A DNA stretch of 64,000 nucleotides from the human T2T-CHM13v2.0 reference genome, Homo sapiens, in the NCBI RefSeq assembly GCF_009914755.1, contig NC_060926.1, one strand, 5' to 3'. Below, one piece after another: positions 1 to 13,270 of the stretch. The first letter of the stretch is position 1. The number at the start of each line of letters is the position of its first letter. The translations under genes and the position numbers were made by a program. The notes below the pieces were generated by a model. It worked only from the letters and a program-made list of their open reading frames with translations. It was not told the origin of the DNA and did not search any database.

Positions 1-424
1 ATCTTTAGACAACCTACAGGGTTATACAACATCTCTGTCTTAAAGGGTTTTGAAAAAATTACTTAAGGGTCTACTCCAGAAAAAAAAGAAGAATCCAAAA
101 GATATTCAGGCCTGGTTAAACCTTCCCTTCCTCATTCAAGGTCACTGGCTTCTCAAGATGTGCATGGCCATTATCCACTTCCATTCTTTTGGCCTGGAAC
201 TTACATAGTCTTAAGTTGCCATTCTAATGAGGATCCACCAGAAGCCACATTTTGGAGAATCTTCCCAACTTGAATTTCAGGTATAGGTCCAGAGAAGGAG
301 GTAAAACGTCAAGGTATTTTCTGACATGAATGTTTGGCCAGCCTAGTTTGGTGAAGCTGTATCCACATGTAACAATGCAGAGTTGTATTAACTTCCACAG
401 TTATTTTCACATTTAAGTAGAGAG

Positions 425-600
425 CAGGAAAACATAATGTCCAAGAGCAAGGGTTTCAGAGTCCAAATCACTGAATAGAATCCCATTTCTCCTGTCTCAG
501 ACCCTTCTGAAGTTGTCTCACTAAACCCCAGCTTCCTTGTTTTTAAAATGGGGAAATGATGTCCACCTCTGTTCTATGGAGAAGAACACACGGCATTCCT
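425..600 (+). mobile_element. MIR SINE relic
   Basis: Degenerate MIR core ccccagcttccttgtttttaaaatgggg. Confidence 0.55.
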
Positions 601-1299
601 TTGAAAAGCTTGGCCGATGCTGACTTCACAGAATTACATCATTAATTCATCATCATGGTTATGCCAAAAGCAAGGAAGAGGGGAAAGAAATTATGTTCTT
701 GAATTAATTTTTCAAATACAATAAAGCATTGACATAGCCTTTGAGTGGACATAATGGACATAGGGCTTAGACTTCACAAACCCATGCTCCCCAACAGACA
801 GCATCCCACTATCATGGCAGCAAGGGGGCAGACAGAAGAAATGCTCTTCTGGACTTTCATGGATGTCCATGGAGCTGTCTGCTCCAGTTCTGTGTCCTGT
901 GGTCACTTTATTCTGTAACTCCTGGTTGTGACATTTTTGTTCTAGGATGACAGATACCTTCTTGTCTCTAAAGTGTGTCTTTGTTGGGTTTTTGCAACTA
1001 TGGATATGTTTTTATCCTAACCAGATTGATGCTTAGACCTTTGTCAAAGGAAACCTTTCCCCTTCTCCTCTACATCCCCCCCTTCCCTACTTGAGGCCCC
1101 CAGCGGTTTCGAAATATTAAAGCCTTCGGGAGGGTTGAAGCTGATTTTCCAGGGGAGGTGGGGGAGGCGGGGACAGCAAATGTGTTTTGAGTATTGAACT
1201 GCCGTTGACATCTAAAGTCTCAACCATGCTGTTTTCTCCACACTTCAGCAATCAGGACATCCAGCAAACCCATAAAAAACCAAACTAATAGCATGAATA

Positions 1300-1870
1300 T
1301 TCAGTGACCTAGAATACTAATTATTGTCATGAATATTAATGTGATCGGACTTGCTCTTTCCTCTCCTCTTTCTCTCTCGTCCTCTTTCTCCCTCTCTCCC
1401 TCTCTTTTTTTCCACTTAGCCGGCTCTAAAGATGGGTCATAATGAGAGCATTTAAGAGGGAGCGCTCTCCGCCGTGACAGGGACCGGGGTAATAAGGAGA
1501 GCTTGATTAACGTGGTGCACTTGGGGGAGAGATGAGAGGCTTCACGTGGTCCTGTTCGGGGGAGGCAATGAGGCACCGGCGGCTCTGTTGCTGCTCCCGG
1601 AGATTAATGAGGCCTAAGAGTGCATTAGGAACAGTGACAAAGGTTTGATCTAATGGGCTCAGTCATTTTTCCTTTGAGTGACAGACGCACAGAAGTAATT
1701 GGCTGTGCAGAATGGCAGCTCATTGGCGGTACTTAAGGATACATTATCCCCGTTGTGTGGCCCGCAGAGGCTGTTTATCAAAACTGCTCACACTGCAGAC
1801 GCGGAGTCGCGAAGCTGCTGTTTCAGTGGTAATAGCTATTAAAAAAAAATAACGTGACATCAAAACTAGA
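1300..1870. promoter_or_regulatory. Putative conserved developmental enhancer
   Basis: Repeat-free, retains CpGs, dense TAAT, TGATTAA, TGACAG and CTTTGA motifs. Confidence 0.5.
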
Positions 1871-3976
1871 CCCGTTGTTGTCTCATGGAAAGAAAGTTTT
1901 TCTTTGTTTAGTTTCAAACGGTCTAGAAAACATTATAATAACTCTGGAGTCCGGAGTCTGTTGTGGGCCCTGGATGAGCAGTGTCAGTCCACACCTGTCC
2001 CCTGCCGGCATGCGGTGTGGCCAAGGCTTGGTGGAACACAGATCCTTGCTTCCCACTCATGTCGACCAAGGTCACTCGGGAGTTTTCCACACATTGGATC
2101 TTGGTTACAACATATAAATTGGAAGCTTCTGCTAAGTACCCTTCTAGCACCTTGGTAGACCATTTGCAAATGGAAGCCTTACTGGTCGAGAATTATTTTT
2201 CTGAAATAAAACCTCAATATCAGTAGCATGTGATATCTGCTTTCATAAACCAGGTTTTGTTGGAATTGGTTTTAATGTCTATTTGACAATTTTTAGGGAA
2301 AATGTTAATGTTTTGTGAGGCTTCTCAGACATCAGAAAGTTAGCTAAATCTGACATTAGAGGACACTAAAGTTCATCTTAGTTCTTTTTAAGAATTGCAG
2401 CATCTTCAGCTTTTATGAGCAATGCGTTCTCACTATTAGTTGTTTCCGTGTTTATACATTGCTCCCACTGAGGTTTAGGCAAATTCGTGTGGTATTGTTT
2501 CCATCATTAAATTGTAAACTCTTTGAGGTATACACTGTTACTTCTCTTTCTTTGTTATCCTCTCTTAGTTTTGTGACCTAGCAATTATTTTCTCATTAGG
2601 TATATATTCCTGCATGTTACCCATCATGTTAAATGTAAGTGATGGATGTTGAGGAGATTAGTTGCTTTCCTGCAGATAATGTTCCCCTGTAGTAGCTCTC
2701 TGTGGTCCTGAGCATTGGTGTGTAATTCAGAAGTAAGTATTGTACTTCCTAAATTAAGGATAGCTTCAATTATTTGAACTCTAAGTGGAGTGTTCTTTTC
2801 TGAAAGAACCAACTAAAGCAACTTGATTCCTGATGATTTCAGCTGAGACATATCAGGGGATGGCCAGGACCTTGAGTTGGATGTGGTAACAGGTGTGCCT
2901 ACAAGTAAATAAAAGGTGCTTCAAACACTTTTTTTCTCTCAAAAATGTGTGTGGGCAGGGAGGAATAGTGTTTCAGCTGCTGAACTGATGCTTCCGAGAC
3001 CAGCGAAGTGGTCTGCAGGGTCAGCTGTGGGAAAGAGGAGGTGCCCGGAAGAGCCTCTGTGAATTACCCGCGCCCCCTCCACCAGGGAGCCAGCTGCCAG
3101 CCCCGGGGGCCAGTGAGAACCGAGGCCTTGGGAAAGGGCTTCTGGTTCTTCCAGGCTAGAGTTGAGTCCGTGGCTTCCCTGCTTCCTGCAGTCCTTTCCC
3201 ACACTGGCAGAGGAGAGTTTTTCGAAGTAATCGTGACATTTTTCCATCTCGAAACCTTGTGGCCCATTGTTTTGAGTTACCACTCATATAGTGAACGTTT
3301 GCGTTTCTGGAGTATTTCTAGGGAGTGGTCAAACCCCGTAACATCCCAACCAGCAAACCTGTAAAACCCGCCTCATGTTATCAGACTTGTGAGCCCGGGG
3401 TACTCCTTGGTGCTTTGTCTTCCCTGTGTCATTGCTGGATTCAGTTGTGAGATCATTTTGTAAGAACTGGAAAGCAGAGAAAGAAGTAGTAGTGAATACT
3501 TCTCAGGATAGAGCTGTGGGGCCACCTGCTCCTGGAAGGGGACTGTAAAATTCAGAGATGACCGGGGAACGCTCCCCTCAAAACAGTGTTGTCAAATGAA
3601 AATGAATTTCATGTTAAAAACACACACACACACACCTGTTGCATTTATCATATAAAGGAGAAAGAATATTGTAAAGATGGAACCGTTATTCATGGCAAAG
3701 GAAGACACCAAACAAAGAAAAATTCTTTTCTTCTCCGTCTTCACAATGCTTACACCCCTCATCCTCGCTGTTGCATCAGCTTGTCCATATAACCCATACC
3801 AGGAGATGGATTGTGGCCAAGACAAGCCGTACGATGGCGCTCTCCATAAACACTGTCGGAATCTGGAGCAGCACGTGTTCCTTCAGCAGATAAAAATGGC
3901 AAAATGAGAATGGCACACATTGTTTTGCAAAGGTCGGAATAAGACTCCACGTTTTAGGAAGTGACGACGAACCGTC

Positions 3977-5566
3977 TAATTCTAGGATGTTGAATTCTGC
4001 TTGGCCACGTTGATGTATTTAGTAGTCGTTACATTTGTCATTGCAACTGGGTCTGGATTCTGTATATTCTTTTTTCTGTTATGTAGAACTGTGTGGCTGG
4101 AGAAAGCAACTTTGTCTTTAGAATAAATACTTACACTTATTTCTAAATATAATTACTTAAATGAGAACTTAGCGTCTGACATGGTAAATATTTTGTCTTA
4201 AATTGTACCAACTGCCACATGATATCCACTCCCAACATGGAGCAGTAACCCAGGGATGGGAGGGAAGGGATGACTCTGGCGCTCCAGCTCACTGTCACCT
4301 GCTGTCAGGCCATGTCCTTCATCCGCTGCATGCGCATGGTGCCCCAAGCGCAGGGTTGTTGTTTTTTTTCTCTCCTTCCTTTCTTTTGTAAACTGTACCT
4401 CTGACAACATTGGCATCGCTCTGATCATCAGACCTTTGGGATGCTGGAAGATGGGGGGTGCCGTGGAGTTCTCCACAGCACCAAGCACTTCACTAGTTGA
4501 TGGTGGGTGTTCAGTAAGTACTCACAGAGGGAATGAATGAGCTCAAGCAAAGTGATGCCAACTACAGCACTAAAGCAAACAGGAGGCAGATGGCATGCAC
4601 AGTTCATACATGAAGAGACACCATTACAAGGGAAACATAAGGAAAATATTCAGACATTTTAGATTTTAAAGACAAACAAGATTAGCAACATCACCATTTT
4701 AAGCTTTTGCTAAAAAACTGTAGAGATAGGAAAACCCACTGTTGATGAGATTAATAACTGATATCTGCAGAGGTTTTACAGTTTACAGAGTGCTTTACAT
4801 AATTTGATCATTATATTAACCACATGGGGCATACTGTTATCATTATCACCATTTCTTCATTATTATTATTATCCACTTAGAAATTATGGACTAAATTGCT
4901 TTAAAGATGCCCAGGTTCCATCTTCTTTTAGTTACTGGTCATTAAGAAAATTAATTAGCAACATATATCATGAATCAGAAAGATATATTATGCTGTTTGT
5001 TCCAGTAATAACGCTGCTGAGAATTTCTTCTAAGGAAAATTCAAAAGTAGAAGATGTCCTTTGCAGTGTTGTTTATAGCCAGAAATTGGAAACAACCAAA
5101 ACTATCCAGAAGTAGAAAAATGGTGATATAAATTATCTACATTAAATCAATAATGTTACATATCTAAAATTATGAAGATTACATAACAACATGGGGAAAA
5201 TGGTTAGGAAATCATATTAAAGAAGTGTATAAAGTTATATCTTTTCTGTGGCCATAACCAAGAACAATGTATGCATATGTTCAATAAAAAATTGATCTGT
5301 TAGACGAGATTTTGGTGGATTTAGTTTACATTATTTGTATATCTGTACTTTTGCCAAGTATATTTTAACAGTACAACAAAATAGGCCCCCATTATTTTTT
5401 TCCTTGACATCATAATTTAGAACAGGGAGAAAGCAGCATACAATGAGCTGTTTCTACGTTGTAGGAAAGAGCTGTGTAATTCCAGGATGTGGAATCCTAA
5501 GCCTGGCCACGTTGCTGTATTTAGTAGTAATTACATCTGTCATTGTGACTAGGTCTGAACTCTGTA
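3977..5566 (+). repeat. Spaced direct duplication A (~90 bp: 3977-4064 and 5477-5566)
   Basis: Shared ...tggccacgttg(a/c)tgtatttagtagt..ttacat(t/c)tgtcattg...; about 13 substitutions and one 2-nt gap by eye. Confidence 0.85.
4940..5290 (+). mobile_element. Ancient L1 (L1ME-like) 3' fragment
   Basis: gcagtgttgtttatagccagaaattggaaacaacc is typical of the old L1 ORF2-end/3' region. Confidence 0.6.
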
Positions 5567-7279
5567 CTCTGTCTTGATAAACATAACATGGAAAATCTCT
5601 TAACTAAACAAAAGGTATCAAGAAACACCAGATTTGTGTCTTCCTAGTAGATATGTTGAATTGTACTCTTTTACAAAACAAGTATCACAGGATGCAGAGT
5701 CCCGAATGCCTACATCTTATAAGATACTGAATGTGTCCTTGGAAAAAAAATCCTCTCAGCCTGAAATTCCACTTGCCAAAAGCAAGGCAGATCTCCAATG
5801 CAAATACAGGAGCGAATGGGCCCCATTCACAGGCCTTAAATCGTGTGTCTCACTTTTTATGGTAGTGTTGTGAATTCTGTTCTTTTTGGGTTTGTAATTA
5901 GAGGACAGAACAGATGGCGAAGGCCTAGTTTGAAGTGATGTGACTGTTAACGTCGCCTCCTTCATCCAGTTGTGATTCCAGGGAACCCGGTTTTCCCACA
6001 CATGCGCACAACGGGCGTGGTGCAGCTGTAGGGTTTGCAAGGTAGCCGCTCACGCTGAGTTTTTACAGCATTTGAAGCTGCCTGTGAATGAGATTGGACC
6101 GAAGAAAGCCGTCCCTGGATGTTTCTAAGGGTGAAGGCTCCATAGGGGAAGGGTGAATTCTTGTCAATCATATTCCTGTAATTAGGATTTGTTAAAATAG
6201 AAGGTATACAATTCTGCAGTGGGAATAAACGTCTGTTTTACACTCAAGTGCTCATAGAATCCTTTTTGGCTTTTTCCCCGCCCTCTTTCTATGTACATGA
6301 AAGTTCCTATCGCCATCACCAAGAGTTGCTCCTCTTTTCAGGCTTACTTAACCAATAAGTCAAATGCCAGCTATTATTTTCCTAGTTAAATGCTTTGGTG
6401 AAGTTAAGTCCTATTTGTAAAGACAGACCAAAATTGGAAGGCGCAGGGAATGAACTTTTGTATTTTGTTATTGTTATTGTAAAGATTTGTTGATGAATCT
6501 TTATTTGAATGCTATGAAAAGCCATCATTTCAGAGTATATTTTTAAAAATCAGAACAGGCTATTTTTAATGTAATAAGCTAATAGCTTAAAAGAGGGATT
6601 CTGTCTTTGATGTCATTTGGTGGATGAAAACATTCTTGTTCAATAGAAAACCAGCATCTTTTTCATGCTCATTTGAGATCAGTTCAGGCAACATACTGAT
6701 ATTCATTCAGATATAAATGCCATATTCACTTTGAAATGCAAATTGTGTAAAGAAAAATAGCATATGGTGGAGGTAAGTACCTTTTCAAATCAACTCTTCC
6801 ACTTTAGGGATATAAGTACAGCTAAAATTATTCTTTGGAAAGAATCTGGCGCTTTTGACACATGGAAGCTTGCACTAATCAAGGCAGCTCAGTAAGCACA
6901 CACACATATCCATATCAAGGAAGTGGCGCAGCGAGGACATGGATTAGCATGGTAATGCAGTCACCCCCTGCTAATCGGGGCGAGTACCAGCTGATCCGTA
7001 GATGGGGTATTTGAGGAAACACTCTTTCTGAGTTCAGAATGGGCCATGTCGTCAGTCATGTATTTCATGGTAACGCAAATAATATTTGGGGGACGATGCC
7101 GAAAAGGTCCTTTTATGACTGCCTTCCTGTGGAAGCCAGCATCCTATACTGTTTGGGGCTGGGCCACTTTTTAAGGACTTATTGCTGGTACAGCTGTTTC
7201 CTTGTACAACCCTGTTCTGTCTCTTACACTTCCTGACCTGACCTCTGCATTCACAAGCCATTCCAATGACATTTTCTAG

Positions 7280-7750
7280 GTTTTTGGATAAGTGTTACTG
7301 GTACAACATACACATAAGACGCACAGAATCATAAGTCATAGCCACGTTTACAGGGGCCGCCACTCACATCCAGAAGCAGCAGGTAGCCAGCCCTCATGGA
7401 CCCCTTCCTGTCCCGTGCACCCCCACCCCACCCCACCCCACTCACAAGGGTGACCACCATCTGATTTCTCACTCCGTAGATGGGTTTCGCCTGTCCTTGG
7501 ACGGGATCCTAACAGTTGGCACTCTCGTGCTTGTCTCCGGCTCTGTGTTCTGTGTGTGATGTCACCGCAGTTGTGGCCCGTGTCAGTAGTTCCTTGTTGT
7601 CATTGGGTAATGTTCCGTTGTGCCGTGATGTACCTACAGTGATGGACAGTGCCGTCATTCCCAGCGTGGGGCTGTTATGAGCAGTGCTGCTCTGAACATT
7701 CTAGCACCTACTTTTTGGTGGCCATGTTTATGTGCATCTGTATGATTTAA
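7280..7750 (-). mobile_element. Ancient L1 (L1ME-like) fragment
   Basis: ggggctgttatgagcagtgctgctctgaacattct...tttttggtgg and ggtgaccaccatctgatttct match antisense old-L1 motifs. Confidence 0.6.
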
Positions 7751-7880
7751 ATCTGAAAGATGTGAAAGGAGAAGAGAAATCTTAAAGGAGGAAAAAAAAA
7801 GAAGTGGACTTGAAATGTTTTATGAAAGCTTTGCATCCAGTAAGTCAATTAGAAGAGTGGTGTAGGTTGTCCTGGGACAG

Positions 7881-8820
7881 CCCCGAGCTTAGGAAACCCC
7901 CGTGTTTAATAAGAGCACGTAAGCAAGCCTGTCCAAAGTTTGCCGTGGAGAGTGACATTTACTGTCCCAGACAGCAAACAGATGTGCCCCCCTCGCTGGG
8001 AGTAGACACTACCCCTGTCTCACCAGTCTGTTCATTCTGTCAACATCCCTTGCAAGATACTACCTTAAGTCTAAGGTAGTATCTTAAGGTAGTATCTTAG
8101 GTAGACTTAAGGCAGTATCTCCCCTTTCCATCTATTCTTTATCTAGATGGGCCTAATTCCAAAGTCTAAAAGCTGCAGTGTCCCCTGGAGCCTCTCCTGT
8201 ACCTTCCAGCAGCGGTGGGCTCCCTGACCCTCATACTTTCTGGCTGCTCTTGTGTTACTCTGCCTTGCGTTTGGGCCACATGTGGATCTGCTGTATACCT
8301 TCTACTAGACTAGATTGTAGGTTCCCTAAGACAGGGACTCCTTCCTTCATTGTGCCCAATGCAGTAGGGGCTCAGTTCCATGCGGCTGCTCGGCCCGCTA
8401 GAAGGTCAATGTTAGAATAGGCGGCAGCTTCTGCATACCGGGTCCCATCTTCCCCTACTCGCGAGTTAGCAGGTTAGCCTGCCCTAGGTTCCTGGGTGAT
8501 GAGACTCCTGGATCAAAATGAATGACAGTCTCTTGCAGCAATAGCAATAGTGAGAGTATCAGCATTGTCATGCACTGGCTTCCCAAGCCTCAGTTCCCAC
8601 AGGGTGACACCAGCACACACAGTAACTCATGTTGTAAGAGGAACCCCAAGCTTAGGAAACCCCATGTGTTTAATAAGAGCACGTAAGCAAGCCTGTCCAA
8701 AGTTTGCTGTGGAGAGCGACATTTACTGTCCCAGACAGCAAACAGATGTGCTCCCTCTTAAAGTAGACATTACCCCTGTTGTACCAGTCTGTTTACTCTG
8801 TCCACATCCCCTGCAAAATA
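7881..8820 (+). repeat. Spaced direct duplication B (~180 bp: 7881-8059 and 8644-8820)
   Basis: Near-identical cttaggaaacccc..tgtttaataagagcacgtaagcaagcctgtccaaagtttgc..tggagag..gacatttactgtcccagacagcaaacagatgtgc. Also visible as the shared peptide CLIRARKQACPKFAVESDIYCPRQQTDV in two spurious ORFs. Confidence 0.95.
8054..8120. repeat. Nested inverted/tandem (fold-back) repeat
   Basis: agatactaccttaagtcta (8055-8073) versus tagacttaaggcagtatct (8102-8120) is 18/19 complementary; two tandem taaggtagtatctt lie between them. Confidence 0.9.
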
Positions 8821-11800
8821 ACACAGAGCAGAGAGCACCTGCCCGTGTCCACACCCAGAGGAAGAAGAAACTGAGGCCCGTGGAGAGCTGGCTGCCAGCA
8901 ACAGTGGGGTGGGATGTGCTGGTAGCAGCAGGGAGAGTGGAAGTCAGGGAAGGATGGAAGGGAAGGGAAGAATGGAGAGTACTCACCCCCCAAAGTAGGC
9001 CACATCCTTGTACTTATCCCCGAGTATAAGTGTACCCTCGGCTTCCGGGGTAGAAGCTTCCTTTAAGACCCTTGTATTTGCGCGTGACTTGAGGTTGGTG
9101 AATTAGGACCACTTGTTAGACTCACCTCGTCTACTCCAGGAAGGAGGGCATTCTAATCTGGCTTTTACAATCTCCTCCTTCTAGGGAAATACAGACATGC
9201 CTGCAAAGAACATTTCCAACGATGGTGCGCAGAGTTTTCCCACATCTAAACGACCCCAGCTTCATATCTTACTCCTTAGACACGGGAATGAAATTCTGTA
9301 GCAAAACGGCTGTGTGTTGAGGTGGTCCCTGATGGAGACAATCCAGAGGCTCTCTTTCCTGGGCATTACTGGGGCTGAGGGTTGGGGCGTGGCTTCCTGC
9401 AGACCCCACGCACCTTGCAATCCTCATGGCATTTCTGAATGTAGCTCTATTTCTATTAGCCTTCCTGAACTGGCAACTTTAATGCCTGGGTAGCAAGCAC
9501 TTGGGCGTTTCCTTAAACTCACCGTCTTAGCTATCAGGTCTAGGTGTGAAAATGTGATTTAACTAATCAACACAGTAGCAGCAGAGCTTGGTGTCTTTGT
9601 TGACTGTCGGCGGCCACGTGGGTTTAGGTCCCCTGCCCTTCAGCCTGGTTGCTGGGTATGAGGCCTCCACCTCGGCAGGACTGCTTCGAGCTGACCTGGA
9701 CTGTGTTTAGAACAGTGTTTGGTGCACTTGTATCCTAGCTTGTCTTGATGTCAGGATCCTTACCCCTCAAGCAATCAAAAAAGTTATCCAGCTTGTTTCA
9801 CAAATGAGAACTTCAGACCTTCAGCCTTAATTAATAACTCATTAACGTGAAATGAATTCCAGTGAGTGAAAACAGTTGCCCTCGAGTACTTTGAGTGAGA
9901 ATACAGTGATTTTAAACAGAGGCTTTTTTTATGCTTAAAGATATTTCCAAAAGTGTTCAAAACTCCTGTGTGGTAACACATAGGGCAGGTATTGCTTGAT
10001 GCTTACATAACAAAACTGGATGCCAGGACAGCATTAGTAGGTCAATTAGTTAATGACATTCATTCAAGAACAGAAATGAGATTACATATTAGACTCTGTA
10101 TGCATATCTGTATCAAAAAATGCATGAGAAAGTATGACACTATAATTGGATATGGAATGTGCATGATTATTAAAAAGATTCACTCCACATTTGGGGGTGG
10201 TTCGTTTCTTTGACGGGTGGATTTACTGAAAGTAAGTGGAAATGCCTCAAAACTGTGGCCACTGGCCTGGGACTGCTGACACATGGCACGAGATGCTCCA
10301 TGGGCGTGTTAACCCAGCATGGCAGCTTCCACAGTGTCGTGGCTCAGGTCGTGGACCACTGGTTTGCCTCAGAGTTTAAGCAGATGTCTTCATGCATTTA
10401 CGTTGAAAGGCAGGTACTGTGTTTGGATCCCAGAAACAATATTTCTGACCCTGTGTAATTTTTTTTAGTCAAATATGTTTCTGCATTATCACACAAAATA
10501 CTTTTGTTTTCTTTTGTTGGTTTTTCTGAAAGAAAATTTAAGTGATCTCAAATATAGTGAATGGGTATATTTTGAAACAGAGATTTACTCCCTTAAGAGA
10601 AAATCGGAAATGTTTTGCTTATGGAATGAGCCTCCTCCTCCGCATATTTTTGGAAGGTCCTGACCAGAGGTCAAGAGTGAGGTGGGTTGAGTGCAGTGGG
10701 GTGTGGGGAGGCAGGTGTGAGCCTGGGCAACCCCGGAACCCACTCAGATCCTTCAGACAGATCCAGAGAGAGAGGCTGTCAGCTCTTTGTTCATAAACAC
10801 AGGCCCACAGCTCCCAGATGCTTTCATTTTCTAAGTGATGCCAGAAACCACCAATTTTTAAATGAAATCTCCCAATTTAATTCTACTTTGAAAAAAATGA
10901 TCAACTAAGTAAAAATGTCTCTATGAGCTCAGCCTGGACGTCAGGCGATAGTCTGTGGATCTGATTGAAAGTTTCACCTTTATCACGGTTTGTCCATGTA
11001 TACACCTTGATGTGGCCCAAATTCAGTCATGCTGTTTCAGTGTAGTCCCGCAGTGGGAAGTGGGTGTGGCTGGGGCTGGGGGGCCTTCACGAGCTATAGG
11101 GCTCTAAGAGTCTGCCGTCAGAAGGATTGTGGATAGCTGGTCTGGTGTCTTCCATCTGGACACCAGGAGCATGTGGTCTTGCCAGGAGGTTCGTCACCCC
11201 AGAGGTTCCAGGTTGGTTCCTTGGGGACTCTCTCAGGAGGCAGAAGGTGGGCTCTGAGCCACACCCTCAGAGCTGCTGCACCAGCATCTCAGTGGATTGG
11301 ACTTGTCCTTGTATTTTGATGGACAGACAGAAGTTTGAAAACCAGTACATTCACAGCAGCATTCACAGCAGAGTCCTGTTGTTTCCTAGTGTGTAGGCTT
11401 GAAGGAATCTCTCCCTTCCTTTTTGGCAGTGTGATGTTTGGCCATGAGATGAAGAACTCATAAACCTAAGATGAGTTCTTGATCAGCAACCTCCATTGGA
11501 ACATTTCGTGGTCCCTTGTCTGGGGTTGAGATTGACTTGGCTCTCCTTACTGTGTGTTGATACTTACTTCTGGAGCTTTATTGCAAGTAGTCAGTGATGG
11601 ATGCACTGAAATACTGTCCTCTGCCTTTTAAAGGAAATTGTTCTGGAAGGTTTCTAGGCCTGGTTGTCATCGGAGAACCACTCTCCAGGGAGAAGGAGCA
11701 AGAGAAGCGGTGCTCTATTGAGTGCCATGTTGTCATCGTTGTCCCAAAGATGGAGGGACAGACAGACACAGTGAAATTCCTTTTTGTTTTTCAGGTATTT

Positions 11801-12379
11801 GGACCTTGTGTGCCTAAAGCTGGTATAAAATGAGGTCTGTGGACAGATGGCATGCTTAATAATGACTTGACAGGGGTCTGATTGGGCATTGCAGTGTGGA
11901 AGGAATTACCTCCTTATCATCTTACCTACACAGCAGGTGTCCCTGCAGGTAGAGCAGGCCCAGAAGTGCCTGGCACAGCAGTCAGGGTCCCAGCAAGGGA
12001 GGTGCCCCCCCAATCGCACCCCCAGCTGCTTGCAGGCATCTTGTCATTGTCCTTTTCCACCTTTGCGGAGTCCTTTCGCCCACCATAACAGTGTCAGCAG
12101 TGTCTGGAAGCCTTTTGTCTGCTCAGAATTCACGTGATGAAAGCGGAACCAGGCCAGGGAAGCCCCGGCAGCCACTCTTGGGAGGCGCCTCCTCCCCAAA
12201 CGCACCTTCGATGGGTGGATGTGTGGGATTGAGAGAGAGAAGGGGAAGAGAAGCACACAGGACAGTGCAGGCACCAGGGCTGGCAGAAATGCACCAGGAC
12301 AACCCATGGGCCCCAAGGGCCAAGGAGAGAGGGGGTCACCCAGCAAGACAACTGCTCGGGGAACGAGCCCTGGAGTCAG

Positions 12380-12530
12380 CACCCACCCTCACCCTCCTCT
12401 CTCCTTTAGATTCCTGCCATGCTCACCATTGGTTGAGCCCAGTGAGAAGCTAGAAGGTGCTGGAGCCAACAGGTGCAGCCCATATGGGTGCCTTCCCAGG
12501 AGGAGAGCAGGGCGGAGAAGGGATGTGAAG
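12380..12530. mobile_element. Old ERVL-type LTR fragment (LTR33/LTR41-like)
   Basis: ccattggttgagcccagtgagaagctagaagg...gagcc resembles the cccattggccaaacccaaccagaagccagaggg motif. Confidence 0.35.
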
Positions 12531-13149
12531 GGATGTAGCAGGAACATGGTGGGCACGGGCTCCAGGAGGGGGTCCCGAGATGGGAGTATCTCCTCTGCTC
12601 CTCAGGGATGCTGCCTTCTGTGGGGTCTGAATGCCCTATTGTAATAGGGATCTGGCTAAGGCACACAATACCCAGAGGACAGCCACAGGGTGGCTTCGAT
12701 GGTGGCACGTGGAAAATACAGGGAGGAGCATGAGTGCTCCCCTTAGTGCCATGTCGCCAGCTCTGGGCTGCTCCTCCACGTCTCTTAAGATGCCACATGC
12801 CTGGCCCACCTCCCCCGGCTGCTGTGAGGCCTGGTGCAAGAGCAAGCATGGGAGCACCACATGGCACTGTCATTCAAGATGTGGGCTCCAAATGACGCTG
12901 TGTGTTTCTAGGGCGTTAGGGCACGCCCATGCCCTGAGATGGAGCTCTCAGAACATCAGGGCTTGGGGGCATGAGAAACGGCCTCAAGACCCTACATGTA
13001 AGCAGGGGAGCCCAGACCCGAGGCTTCCGAGCCACTGCCCTCGCTCCTCCCACCTGAGCCCCTTGGATGCCAGTGGTCTGCCGTGGTGGAGTTTTGATTG
13101 TGATTTTTTGTTTTATGGTGGTGACTTTCTGGCTGGAGTGGTTTTTTTA

Positions 13150-13270
13150 ATTAATGTGCACACAGATTGCCTGGGATCTTACTAAGAGGCAGGTGGCAGG
13201 TGGGGCCTGGGATTCTGCATTTCTCGAATGCCTCTTGGCGATGCTGCTTCTGTAGGTCCGAAGACCACAA
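13150..13270. mobile_element. MER5-family (hAT-Charlie) relic
   Basis: ggtggggcctgggattctgcatttct...gatgctgct...ggtccgaagaccac. Confidence 0.6.

Noticed and set aside
11448-11484. Hairpin gatgaagaactcat / atgagttcttgatc as a miRNA
   Set aside because: A 14-bp stem is too short for a pre-miRNA and is plausible by chance.
11779-11800. Recursive splice site (tttttgtttttcag|gtattt)
   Set aside because: The acceptor is good but the regenerated donor GTATTT is too weak.
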